Part shown: piece after piece, positions 30,287 through 40,469 of the stretch | Position numbering within the stretch: the first letter of the stretch is position 1 | Layout of the letters: each line of letters opens with the position of its first letter | Assembly (NCBI GenBank): GCA_963769935.1 | Contig: CAVYNY010000010.1 | Location: 448,001 to 512,000, forward strand | Reading direction: 5' to 3' | Length of the DNA: 64,000 nucleotides | DNA from: an uncultured delta proteobacterium | Lineage (GTDB): Bacteria; Desulfobacterota; Desulfobacteria; Desulfobacterales; JAFDCJ01 | The notes under the pieces: generated by a model | The model's database searches: none | What the model was told of the DNA's origin: nothing | Seen by the model: the letters and a program-made list of their open reading frames with translations, nothing else | Made by a program: the position numbers and the translations under genes

Positions 30287-30480
30287 GGTTGTACCGACGT
30301 TTCCAAGGCTATGGGCATCAGTGCGGTGACGGTGGATAAAGCGGTTAGTCTGAATGTTGATTTACCGGAGGTTTACCAAATTCAAAAACAGATGCCGGAC
30401 ATCTAATTTCTGGTAATCACACCTTCATAAAACCAAACCGGTTATATAGAAAAATAGAACGGACGTCCCCATCTTTCCCA
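30287..30480 (+). mobile_element. 3' remnant of a REP-associated tyrosine transposase (RAYT)-type element
   Basis: GCTDVSKAMGISAVTVDKAVS..* (30287-30406) resembles the C-terminal HTH of RAYTs; followed by terminal motif AACGGACGTCCCC. Confidence 0.45.
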
Positions 30481-30545
30481 TGATATTGGCCTTGGGCAAG
30501 TATGCTTTTGAGCTCGGCTAAGAGGCTTTGGTAATCCTTGTCTAT

Positions 30546-30737
30546 TTAATATGCGCCTGAAAAAATTGTCGCTCCTAAAGTCAAAGCGAGCATAGAGGCC
30601 AGTAACATGGACTTTAAAGTCAAATTAGTGTGCCTGATAGCGCCACTGACTAGAGTAATCAGCAAAGTAGTAGCAATCAATGTTGCTGGGGCCATAATCC
30701 ATGGAACTTCTTCAATTAGAAGTAAAATAGTACTCAT
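30546..30737 (-). CDS. Small hydrophobic hypothetical protein (63 aa)
   Basis: GGAG RBS, two hydrophobic segments; GTTATAC core-site-like sequence upstream on the minus strand. Confidence 0.4.
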   Translation of the reverse strand: MSTILLLIEEVPWIMAPATLIATTLLITLVSGAIRHTNLTLKSMLLASMLALTLGATIFSGAY

Positions 30738-31601
30738 TATGACAATCTCTCCGGAGTGCGCCGTATCAAGCTTATTTTAGGTATAACGTCTCTGGAACTC
30801 TTCCTCGGAAGATCTGCTGTAATCAGCCATAGCAGCAAGTATGCCAATCTTTTGCAGTGGAGTAAATTGTTTCATAACAAGGACTTAGAGGTTAGGAGCA
30901 GATTTTGCCATAACCAATATTGTGAAATGACCTTCTTAAAAATGTGGAAACCAGTTCACATAATTGCCCGGGGCCGCTTGATAATGTTACCTACCCCAAT
31001 GATCATGCCCAAACTTCAATAAGGATCGCTGTTGACACTTAATTCCCCGATACGATAAGGTCAATGTATTCAAATTGCATCTGCAATTATTCAATCAAAA
31101 CTGATAGTTGGGGATCTGGCAATTTAACTGACATCGGCAATCCGATAAAATAGGGCCAAATTTAGAGCATATCTGTAATATTGCCTTGGTAAAGAGAATC
31201 TCAATTAATCTGTCATTTGGCCTTCCACTGTAAGCAACGCACTCAGAGTAACTAAATGGCCTCCCCAATAATTCCATGGTGGAATTAGTTCGCAGCGAAA
31301 TAACACGCAAAATTGGTACAAATATCCGCATTCTAAATTCTGTTAAAATATAGGGCATTTTAGGGTACCATCCCGATTTATGTTGAATAATCAAACGGGT
31401 ATGGTAATAGGTTTGGGAAGATAGTCGCCAAGCAGAAATGGTAGCTATCCATATGGACACATCGATTTCTGTGAAAAACCTGCTTTTTCCTCGCAGCGAA
31501 TGAATAACTAAGTTAGGTGCCCGCTAAACACCCAGTTAGTGGCTATTCAATGAGAAGTCAGATGTAGTTATATTAAACATTAAAAAAGGAAGGACCATAT
31601 T

Positions 31602-32471
31602 ATGGTTTCAGGTATTCAAAAAGAAAAAGCCGAACTGTTCTTGAAATTTCATCATGACAAAGAAATTCTGGTTCTGTTAAACTCGTGGGACGTCGGGAGT
31701 TCTAAATTAATAGAAGCATGTGGCTATAAAGCAATCGCAACAACAAGTATGGGAATAGCTGCATCTTTAGGTTATCCTGACTGCCAGGTAATACAATTGT
31801 CAGAAATGATTGAAACTATTACGGGAATCGTAAATGGAGTGCAAGTTCCGGTAACTGTGGATATAGAAGCCGGATATGGAAATAATTTAAATGAAATAAT
31901 TGATTCGGTTAAAAAGATTATTGCAACAGGAATTGTTGGAATAAACATTGAAGACAGTATCGACTTAAATCCAATATTAATTGACGAGATGGAATTTTGT
32001 GAAAGAATATCAGCTATTCGTGTATTATCTGATTCACTGGGCTTTCATTTAGTAATTAATGCAAGGACTGATTCATTTTATGTTTCGTCAGGTTCGTCAC
32101 GAAAAAAATTAAGTGAATCAATTAAGCGTGGCAATAAATACCGGGAAGCTGGAGCCGACTGCATATTTGTACAGCCTGTATGGGAAAAAGAAACAATTTC
32201 AACACTGGTTAAGGAAATTAATGCCCCAATTAATATTCTTGCAAACCCCGGGATTGGGAAAGGAATACCGCCATCCGTAAGTGAACTGCAGGAATTAGGT
32301 GTTGCTCGTTTAAGTCTTGGTTCAGGTTTGATGAAAGCTACTTTAGCTTTGATTAAAAAAGTCGCTGACGAACTATCTGAGAAAGGGACTTACAATATTT
32401 TATTAGATACTTTAACACCGCTTCCCGACGCATCATTGGCCTATAAGATGGCAATAGGGTTAAATAAATAA
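31602..32471 (+). CDS. Isocitrate lyase/PEP mutase family protein (AT-rich)
   Basis: NSWDVGS, ATTSMGIA..GYPD, PVTVDIEAGYG, GINIED, INARTD, EAGADCIFV, GVARLSLGS. Confidence 0.92.
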   Translation: MVSGIQKEKAELFLKFHHDKEILVLLNSWDVGSSKLIEACGYKAIATTSMGIAASLGYPDCQVIQLSEMIETITGIVNGVQVPVTVDIEAGYGNNLNEIIDSVKKIIATGIVGINIEDSIDLNPILIDEMEFCERISAIRVLSDSLGFHLVINARTDSFYVSSGSSRKKLSESIKRGNKYREAGADCIFVQPVWEKETISTLVKEINAPINILANPGIGKGIPPSVSELQELGVARLSLGSGLMKATLALIKKVADELSEKGTYNILLDTLTPLPDASLAYKMAIGLNK

Positions 32472-32684
32472 AGAACAGCCGCTAACATTTTTCTCCGTTG
32501 TCAGAGCTGAATTGCGGTTAGCTGCTCAAATTTTAAGGTCCTTGAAAAACGGCAGGTATACGAAAAGTACATGAAACCTGTAATTTAAGCGGAAACGCAT
32601 TCTTGATAGAGGCCCAGGCTTTTAGGATGTACCGAATTTTACCCAAAATCGCCAACCCGAAATATCAAAAGGTGGTTCCGAAAC

Positions 32685-33431
32685 ATGGATCTACTTAAAA
32701 AGCGCTCACATCGATATTTGGCGGGCATCTATGCCCTTTTTATTCTTGTTCTCGCGATTACGTTATCATTGTTTTACAATTCAAGAATCCAAAAATCAAC
32801 CCACTCAGGAAATCAAGATACTGATATTGTTAGGCCAGAGGATTCTTCCGATAATTTACAGAAAGTTACGAAGAAAATTGATATTAAAAAAGGACAACTG
32901 AAAAATAAATATGAGACTTCCGAATCAGACGATAAAGTTTATGATGAACATACTGACACTTCCCTATCAACAAAGGACGATTTAAATGAACAAAGAATAA
33001 ATATTAATGGTTCTCAGACTCCACTTGAAGAGGATATTAATCCAAAAGACAACCAAATCCAAACAAAGCTCCCTTCAATTTCTTCCAGACAGAATGCTGT
33101 AATTTACTTCAGTGCTGAATCCACCGGCCTGACGGACGAGGCCCTTGAAAAATTAAAAACAATTTACTTATTTCTTGTGAAAGATCCTGAGGATGAAATC
33201 ATTATTGCGGGTTATGGAGATTCAAACAAAACTAATCGAGACGACAAAATTTTATCTAAATTAAGGGCCAATGTGGTAAAAGACTATTTTGTTAAACGTG
33301 ATATTTCAGATTCGAGAATAAAAACCTGTTGGATGGGTTCAGAGAACAGAACAGAATGCCGTGTTTTTAAGGAAGATAAAAACAAAACCCACCAGGTTGA
33401 GGTTAAGTTTAAATTAGGATCCCAAGAATGA
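32685..33431 (+). CDS. OmpA-like (peptidoglycan-binding) domain protein with N-terminal TM anchor
   Basis: IYFSAEST.L..IIIAGYGD..LSKLRANVVKDYF..VEVKF; degenerate OmpA_C motifs. Confidence 0.75.
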   Translation: MDLLKKRSHRYLAGIYALFILVLAITLSLFYNSRIQKSTHSGNQDTDIVRPEDSSDNLQKVTKKIDIKKGQLKNKYETSESDDKVYDEHTDTSLSTKDDLNEQRININGSQTPLEEDINPKDNQIQTKLPSISSRQNAVIYFSAESTGLTDEALEKLKTIYLFLVKDPEDEIIIAGYGDSNKTNRDDKILSKLRANVVKDYFVKRDISDSRIKTCWMGSENRTECRVFKEDKNKTHQVEVKFKLGSQE

Positions 33432-33865
33432 TCTGAATAATTGATTAAGATTTTTTGAATCCCTTTTGATACTATGCTTTTTCATGAGAGAGGATTCATA
33501 AATCAGTATCATACATGCATTATTTTAATAAAACTGATTGAACTTTTGGCAAGCAAAATTCAACTGCCTCTCTTGGGGGCTTTTTTATTTTGGAGGAACA
33601 GAAGAAGTATATAACGAATTATTTACCGTTTATCAGTATGCCGGGGGACGTCGAGATAATAGTTGAAATGGGAGAACTTCCTCCAAGGTTTAAGAACTTC
33701 TGAAACATAGATGAAGCTAAGACATGGCTTGGTATTATTAGTTGGTCCAAGGGGTATAAACTTTTTTTATAACCCTTTTTAATAATTAAAAATTTTAATA
33801 ATCGTTCATAAAATATGTATGGGATAACCATTTAAAATTACAGATATTACATATGCTATTAAGGG

Positions 33866-33881
33866 TGGTATAATTTTTGCT
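33866..33881 (+). promoter_or_regulatory. Sigma-54 promoter
   Basis: TGGTATAATTTTTGCT (GG-N10-GC) upstream of pilin-like gene 33941. Confidence 0.6.
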
Positions 33882-33940
33882 CGCCTATAGAGTGCTGTCA
33901 ATTGGAAATAATTCTCTCATACTCATATTGAACTGACAAA

Positions 33941-34360
33941 GTGACTGAGCAGAAGATGCAAAAAATAAAATTAAAGATGAGCAAAAGTGTCAGAATAATT
34001 AACCAAAATGGGTTTACCCTAATTGAGCTTATATCTGTACTGATCATAATGGGTGTAATGGTCTCAGTTGTAATAAAGAAATTTGATCTTCTGTCTGATA
34101 ACGCCAGTATAACCGCCTTGCAAGCCGGAGTTGGAGAACTTAAATCAAGAGAAACTGTGACATGGTTTAAAATAAAACTATCCGATACCGGCTATACAAA
34201 TGATGTGGATGTTTACAATGCATTCGATAAAGAATTAGGCCAGGGATTCAGTTGGAATCCCGGTCCTGAAATTAGCGGTGGAGGGCTGCACTTTAAATCT
34301 CTATCAGTAAATCTCAATAGAGTTCCATCCACCCCAAATTCACCAGGTGCTTGGATGTAG
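33941..34360 (+). CDS. Type IV pilin / prepilin-type protein, copy 3 (divergent)
   Basis: NG|FTLIELISVLIIMG; shares E..RE..W..K.S..G..D and SWN.GP..SGG...F..S..L.R with copies 1 and 2; start uncertain. Confidence 0.85.
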   Translation: MTEQKMQKIKLKMSKSVRIINQNGFTLIELISVLIIMGVMVSVVIKKFDLLSDNASITALQAGVGELKSRETVTWFKIKLSDTGYTNDVDVYNAFDKELGQGFSWNPGPEISGGGLHFKSLSVNLNRVPSTPNSPGAWM

Positions 34361-34384
34361 AGTATTTTCGCTGTGCTTTAAGAT

Positions 34385-34798
34385 GTGGCTCGGATGCTTT
34401 ACCACCCTGCGCGAACCATATTAAGATCGATATAAACCAGACATTGGGTCAAATGCCTGCCAGTTTCAACCGCCGTCCCATGATAGCGGTCTTCCTAATA
34501 AGCGCCCTTCCGTTTCTTTCTCAAATTAATTTCTTGCCCGGTTCTTCCGGCTATCAACTGTATCGATTTGGGGATAGCATCCCTATCGCCATTATCCCTG
34601 ACGACAAGATGGATATGATTGGATGTGACTGTATCGTTGAGCACGCTCAACCCAAATCGCTTCCTAGCTTCGAAAAGCCACCAAAGCCAACGTCGCCGGT
34701 CTCTGCCAAATTTCAAAAGAAATTCCTTTCTTTTTGTGACAACGGTGGGTGATATGCCATACATAGCCCGGTATGTAATGCCTGCTCGCTCTTGGCAT
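34385..34798 (-). pseudogene. REP-associated tyrosine transposase (RAYT/Y1) pseudogene
   Basis: MPRASRHYIPGYVWHITHRCH, frameshift, ..TSNHIHLVV (HUH), in-frame stop at GAY*EDRYH, ..YIDLNMVRAG, then truncated. Confidence 0.85.
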
Positions 34799-34847
34799 GG
34801 TTTGTATCCTTAAAGCCGCATTTTCATGGCTCAAAATATACTTTTAA

Positions 34848-36747
34848 CCTACATTTCGCGCCTGTAAAATTAAATTTCAGAATTTATGCAGTTATCGCCA
34901 ATAATCACCCTAACTTGCTTATATTACAACAAATAAAAAAATCTAGACATTGCCCTTTAATTGTTTTATAACGCCTTATATCAGCCAAATAGGAGGCGTT
35001 TATGAAGCAATTTGAGACGCGGTTCAAACAGGTCGATGTTTTACCAATGGTCAAGCATTATATGAGCTCGCTTGATCTGTATAACTTATTTAAAAAATAT
35101 GTTCCAGCCTCTAACAGTTGCCTGGCCGAGCATGCGGAGAGTCTGTGCATTATTACCGCTAATATTATCTGTGACAACAAGCCACTATACAAAGTTCAAG
35201 AGTGGCTGGCAAGATATGCCGACGGACTGACAAATGAATCCGTAAATGCCGACAAGTTTAACGATGATCGCTTAGGAAGGTCTCTTTGCGCACTTTTCCA
35301 GGCAGATCGGCACTCGTTAATGACCGAGGTATCATGCAATGCCATTAAACTGCACAAACTGCTGACAGATGAGATCCATAATGACAGCACCACGGTTACA
35401 TTCAAAGGCCAATACGCAACCGCTGACCCGGATGCAGTTCAACTCAAGTATGGGCATAATAAGGATTTTCGTCCGGACTGCAAGCAGATTGTTTTTGGTC
35501 TGAACATCACTGCTGACGGTCATGTCCCGCTCAGCTACAAGGCCTATAATGGCAACCAAGATGATGACACAACTCATATTCCAAACTGGAATCAACTGCG
35601 TGCCTTGATACGCAAAGAAGACTTTATTTACATCGCCGACTGTAAATTATGCAGCAACAAAAATCTGGCATACATTGATGAAAATAACGGCTACTTCATT
35701 ACCATCATCCCAAAATTTCATAAAGAATCAACAAGCTTTATGCAATATATTAAAACCAATGAGGTTGAATGGGAAGATGCTTTTGAAATCCAACATTCTC
35801 GCAAAAAACAACAAGCCAATAAGTATAGAACATATGAGGCTGGCAAAAACAAAAAAGGCTATCGAGTTATATGGGTGCATTCCAGTTCTAAGGATCAGGA
35901 TGAAAAAAATAGAAGGCGCAAGCAGATAGAAAAAGCCCAACAGGCGATGGAAGAACTGATACCAAAGCTTAACGCGTATCACTTCAAAACACAAAAACAG
36001 ATTAGCAAAGCGGTTAATACAATCTGTAAGCCAGTACAAGGGTTAATCGATGTAAAAATCACAAAAGGTCGCAAGCAGATTTGCAAGAGAATCCCATCAA
36101 CCAAGCGGCAATCAGGCGATCCAATTTATGAAAATAAATGGTCATTTAATTATGGACTTGAATGGAAGATAAATGAACAAGCCGTTATAGACGAATCAAA
36201 AACAGACGGGCTGTTCCCTCTTATCACCAATAATCACTTGTTGGATGCCGGCGAAGTGCTCAGAATGTACAAACGTCAAGCCTATCTTGAAAAAAGGATG
36301 TATACCAAAAAGTCAATATTAGATGTTGCCCCGGTCTTTCTTAAAAAGGAAAGGCGGATTGAAGCCGTATTGCTGCTTTATTTTTTTGCACTGATGATCG
36401 TATCTCTTATTGAAAGAAATATACGATTGAATATGACAAAGCAGCAGATAGAAAAACTTCCGATACTGCCCCAGAAAATGAATACCAAAAAGCCGACCTG
36501 GAATAATATTCGCTATTTTTGTCGAGATATTCACCTGTCAGTAATCCTCAGAAATAAAGTTGCAATCCAGGTAGATGTGCAAGGGCTTAGCGATATGCAT
36601 ATAAAAGTCTGCGAGCTAGTTGAGGTACCGAGTTCGGCTTATAAAAATTTACATGATCAATGGTGGTTGTTTGAAGGTACGTAACTGAATTTTTGATAAA
36701 TATAGCTTGAATTAAAATTAAAATATTTTCGATATACGAAATATAAG
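34848..36747 (+). mobile_element. IS1634-family insertion sequence
   Basis: IRs CCTACATTTCG (34848) and CGAAATATAAG (36737-36747); TTTTAA target duplication at 34842-34847 and 36748-36753. Confidence 0.85.
35002..36684 (+). CDS. IS1634-family DDE transposase
   Basis: NDDRLGRSL, HNDSTT, GHNKDFRPDCKQ, YIADCKL, YKRQ..EKR, PVFLKKERRI. Confidence 0.92.
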   Translation: MKQFETRFKQVDVLPMVKHYMSSLDLYNLFKKYVPASNSCLAEHAESLCIITANIICDNKPLYKVQEWLARYADGLTNESVNADKFNDDRLGRSLCALFQADRHSLMTEVSCNAIKLHKLLTDEIHNDSTTVTFKGQYATADPDAVQLKYGHNKDFRPDCKQIVFGLNITADGHVPLSYKAYNGNQDDDTTHIPNWNQLRALIRKEDFIYIADCKLCSNKNLAYIDENNGYFITIIPKFHKESTSFMQYIKTNEVEWEDAFEIQHSRKKQQANKYRTYEAGKNKKGYRVIWVHSSSKDQDEKNRRRKQIEKAQQAMEELIPKLNAYHFKTQKQISKAVNTICKPVQGLIDVKITKGRKQICKRIPSTKRQSGDPIYENKWSFNYGLEWKINEQAVIDESKTDGLFPLITNNHLLDAGEVLRMYKRQAYLEKRMYTKKSILDVAPVFLKKERRIEAVLLLYFFALMIVSLIERNIRLNMTKQQIEKLPILPQKMNTKKPTWNNIRYFCRDIHLSVILRNKVAIQVDVQGLSDMHIKVCELVEVPSSAYKNLHDQWWLFEGT

Positions 36748-36855
36748 TTTTAAGGTCAAAAATCACCCTACTTTACAACCTTTTTACTATAAATACAAAA
36801 CCTTACGGTGGTTCGACCCAATAGGCATTAGGCAGGCCATGCCATTGTTGGCCGT

Positions 36856-37191
36856 TTAATAAATGCAGGCATCCAGTATAGACAGCACTTCAGCCAGCAA
36901 TTCATCTTTGCCGCGTTCGATTCGCTTGGCAAGACGAGCGCGGAAATCAACTGATTTAACTTGCTCAACCATAATAAATCCTGTCAACTCACTGTCTTTA
37001 GGGACGGGAACATGAAAGGGGAATCCACGGTCTGTGTTCGTAACCGGGCATACAATTGCCAAACCTGTGCTTCGATTGAATAGATCTTTGCTGACAACCA
37101 AAGCAGGACGTCGCCCCTTCTGCTCATGACCGGATTGTGGATCAAATGTGATTGCGATAATGTCCCCTTGCTTGGGGACATAGCCAGCCAT
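36856..37191 (-). CDS. mazF: PemK/MazF toxin
   Basis: GDI..FDPQSGHEQKGRRPALVVS..CPVT..EQVKSVD. Confidence 0.95.
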   Translation of the reverse strand: MAGYVPKQGDIIAITFDPQSGHEQKGRRPALVVSKDLFNRSTGLAIVCPVTNTDRGFPFHVPVPKDSELTGFIMVEQVKSVDFRARLAKRIERGKDELLAEVLSILDACIY

Positions 37192-37440
37192 TTACCAAAC
37201 CTCCTTACCAACCGGCTCACCCCAGTCGACTTCTCCGGTTTGGTAATTTTCGGAAATATGTGCGACAAGATCCTCAAGGCGGTGTTTGCCACGGATCCTT
37301 TTGGCAGGTGTGACAATCATAGTGCCGTCTTTTACACGGATGTCCACCTCATCACCGACTCCAAGCTGCGCATCTGCAAGTAGATTCTTTGTAAGACGAA
37401 GCCCTTGACTATTTCCCCATTTCTGAATTTTGACGAGCAT
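37192..37440 (-). CDS. mazE: AbrB/MazE antitoxin
   Basis: KIQKWGNSQGLRL..GEVDWGEPVGKEVW. Confidence 0.95.
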   Translation of the reverse strand: MLVKIQKWGNSQGLRLTKNLLADAQLGVGDEVDIRVKDGTMIVTPAKRIRGKHRLEDLVAHISENYQTGEVDWGEPVGKEVW

Positions 37441-37466
37441 TTGACCACCTCCTAATGTATATCCGA

Positions 37467-37495
37467 AGTATAGCCATTCTAAACGACATGGTCAA
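37467..37495 (-). promoter_or_regulatory. Sigma-70 promoter of mazEF
   Basis: TTGACC-N17-TATACT on the minus strand. Confidence 0.75.
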
Positions 37496-37605
37496 GTACT
37501 AATTTAGGCCAACGTCCCGGGATGAGCTGCAGGCCACCATAACGGCATTAAGTCCGACCCCTTTTTAACTATTCAGCGAGGGAGTGAAACCCCGCAGCGG
37601 GAGGG

Positions 37606-38610
37606 TCAGCTCGATCTGCTCCAGTTGAGCTTAACGACGTGGTCGTTCTCTTGCGCCGGCACCGACAGCGCGGAGCTGCCCGTACCGGTCATCGTGATGA
37701 GGGAGGCGCCGTTGAGGTTGTCAATGTTCCCCGCGCCGCCGGCGATGCACTCGTCGAAGTAGCAGGCGGCATAGTCGGTGAGGTTGGCGACCGACCCGCC
37801 GACGGTAGGCCGCTCGACGATCCACTCGGCCACGTTGCCGGTCAGCGTCGTGCCGGACGGCGGGGTGATCTCGAAGCGCGTACCGATGCCTTCAGACTGG
37901 TTGCTGAAGTAGACCGTCGCGTGGGTGGTCGTGTCGGCACAGATGAGACAGTACATGACGTCGCCCGCCGAGACGGGGAGGTTGTTTATCTTCACCTCGC
38001 CCGCCGGAAACCACTCCCACCACGTATAGATCTGCTTAACCGTGGCGAAGAGGACCTTCGTGATCTGGGTCTCCGTGCCTGCCTGGAGCACGTCGTTGGA
38101 GTGCCACCCGTCGATGCCGACCCACTCCGAAGCGTAGTAAGCGCCGTCGGCTTTCGTGTTCGGACTCGGTACGGTCCACTGTCCGCCGACGAAGCTGTAA
38201 GGCTTGCCGGTTGGGGAGAATTTCGCCGCGCCGGACCAGTTGTTGGACGTGGCGTTGGAGACGCCCGGCGAACCCAAACGCGCGGTGACGGCTCGCCGGT
38301 CAGACCCACGCACCGGGCCGTGCATGATGTGTTCGTGGTGCTCGAACTCTGGGGTGATCCACAGCTGAGTGCGGGACATGGTCCGGTCCCAGAGCTCGCG
38401 CAGTTGCGGCTCCTTCTTGGCATCGGGACGGCGCGGGAGCCGGTGTGCCGCAAGCTGCCGAGCCGTTGCCTTCATTGGGTCGAACCCCTTAGGCAGCGGA
38501 CCAAGACCCCGTATCTGGAAACCCTTTCTGATCAAGCTCTCCGGAACGATCGCCGCCGGCTTCTGCATCTTTCTGCTGCCTCTGCTCCCACGCGAGCCTG
38601 TAGTTGCCAT
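37606..38610 (-). CDS. Glutamic peptidase family G1 (eqolisin-like), GC-rich, with N-terminal pro-region
   Basis: SNNWSG, QWTVP, EWVGIDG, VLQAGT (catalytic Q), WWEWFP, AEWIVERP (catalytic E); AAGGAGG RBS. Confidence 0.9.
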   Translation of the reverse strand: MATTGSRGSRGSRKMQKPAAIVPESLIRKGFQIRGLGPLPKGFDPMKATARQLAAHRLPRRPDAKKEPQLRELWDRTMSRTQLWITPEFEHHEHIMHGPVRGSDRRAVTARLGSPGVSNATSNNWSGAAKFSPTGKPYSFVGGQWTVPSPNTKADGAYYASEWVGIDGWHSNDVLQAGTETQITKVLFATVKQIYTWWEWFPAGEVKINNLPVSAGDVMYCLICADTTTHATVYFSNQSEGIGTRFEITPPSGTTLTGNVAEWIVERPTVGGSVANLTDYAACYFDECIAGGAGNIDNLNGASLITMTGTGSSALSVPAQENDHVVKLNWSRSS

Positions 38611-38662
38611 AATTGTCCTCCTTTCTGTATGTACAAAATGTTAACTATTATTCACTATTCAA

Positions 38663-39877
38663 CGGGCTGTTGCCCAAATCCGATTTTAATTACTACCCCC
38701 GGTTTAAGTGTAGCAGAATATTTTTGATTTTTTTATTTTAAATCCGCATAGACACCCAATATACGCTTGATCCTAACGATGGCTTGTGCTAAAGTGGCGA
38801 AAAATATAACTTTAGCGGAGCATTTATACCATGATGGGGCGCCAGTCAAAGGTTCAAAACAAGCTCTTTTACACCGCAAATGCCTTCAACAATTCGGTGG
38901 TCAACCAAAAATCGCTAAAGCGCTACTTCAATAAGAGCTATCAGATCCTGGAATCACGTTTAGAGCAGCAGGCGCAATCTTGCAACAGCGATGGAGCTGA
39001 CCCCGGGTGAGGTACATGAAGCGCACCGCATGCAATCATTAATCGACACCCATGAAAAGAACACAGAATCAGCAGTTGAAACGGCCGTCGCCGACAGCAA
39101 ATACGGCAGCATCGAAAATTACCTGGCCTGTCACGATCGCGGCATCAAGGCCCATTTCACATCCCTGGAGGAAGCCCAACACGGTACCGGCACGAAAAAG
39201 GGTATCTTTGACAAAGCGGCTTTCACCTATCATGCTGAATCCGACACCGTTATCTGTCCGGCCGGCCAAACCCTGAAAAGACGCAATTTTAATAAAAAGC
39301 GTCAACACCATGAATATATTACTGCCGCGGGCACCTGCAACCGTTGTCAACTTAAAGCGCAGTGCACTAAGGCTAAATCCGGACGGACTCTCAAACGCCA
39401 CATCCGTCAAGATGATTTGAATTCCATGCTCCAGCAAGCCCGCAGCCCGGAATCTAAAAAGGACATCCGAACCCGTCAGCATCTGATGGAAAGAACATTT
39501 GCCCAAGGCACCCGCTATGGATACCAACGTGCACGCTGGCGAGGGCTGTGGCGCGTTCAAATTCAGGAATACCTGACGGCGGCGATCCAGAACATTAAGA
39601 TTCTAGTCCAAAATGTCAAAGAGCCAGCCCCGGCATTGCAGATGCGAGCGGCACCAGAGGTTGCTGGCGCGGCAAGCAGAACAAAGTGCTATGGCTTGAA
39701 TAATTTATTCACCCCGCAAAGGCGCGGTATCGAGCGCTTCTGTTTCCTCGTGCGGAAGAATTTAGCTTACCGTCCGGCTGAGATCGTGGCCTGAGCTGCC
39801 ATTTAGCAGCATTCAGAAAATAAGTAAAATTCACCCGAAATTTACTTTCACTCAATAGCGATTCGGGCAACAGCGCG
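38663..39877 (+). mobile_element. IS1182-family element, internally deleted
   Basis: IRs CGGGCTGTTGCCCAAATC and GATTCGGGCAACAGCGCG with TCAA duplication; transposase start MMGRQ (38831) is joined to the C-terminal part 38991-39794 (ADSKYGS, CPAG, RQHLMERTFA). Confidence 0.85.
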
Positions 39878-39881
39878 TCAA

Positions 39882-40209
39882 AATTTGACACCCAGTTTCT
39901 CAGCTTAGCACGGGCCCTCACCGAAACGCGTCTGTTTTTCAAACTCTTGCTGCCCAATGGTGAAAAAAATCGCTGGACTCCCATTTGGGCAGCATTTATA
40001 GAGTGCTGTGCGCGATATAAGGTGAAGATCAAGCCAAACCGACAATTCCCACGGGATCGGCAGCAGTATCGAAGAAAGAGCCGCGGTCTAGAACGCAAGC
40101 GCCCGGGGCGCAAACCCATAGCTACCAAAGCGGCCCCGGCTCTGTTGTCTCGACCGGAAACCCTAAAAAACTGCAAGGACGGGCTGTATCTGTTAAGTTA
40201 ACGGCATTA
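39882..40209 (+). mobile_element. IS4-family 3' remnant with right IR
   Basis: Basic transposase tail ..KPNRQFPR..YLLS* ending in GTTAAGTTAACGGCATTA (reverse complement TAATGCCG.. as in IS4 IRs). Confidence 0.65.
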
Positions 40210-40469
40210 GGTCCGACCCAATATCAACCGATCGGCGCAACGCCACTCAGGCCATAAACCGCCCTGCCTTTTGAACCTCCCCGCCATGTCCACCCCAGCA
40301 CCCTGATCCACATCTTGGCTCAGGCATGCACTCTTGAACGCACACAGAGCCTTTGGACGGAGATTTCGGCGATGGCGGATAAGTTCAGGCGCACTTACAT
40401 CTCGGCGAGCCACCAGCTGTTCCGCGGCACAGCTGTTGACAATCCGCCGGATGCCCCAGCTGCCCCTCA

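Noticed and set aside
30485..30540. KDYQSLLAELKSILAQGQY on the minus strand, resembling a DUF1016/YhcG N-terminus
   Set aside because: Only about 19 codons; too short to support a call.
30756..31460. ORFs 30756-31022 and 31095-31460
   Set aside because: No RBS or protein-like motifs; the region looks like eroded DNA.
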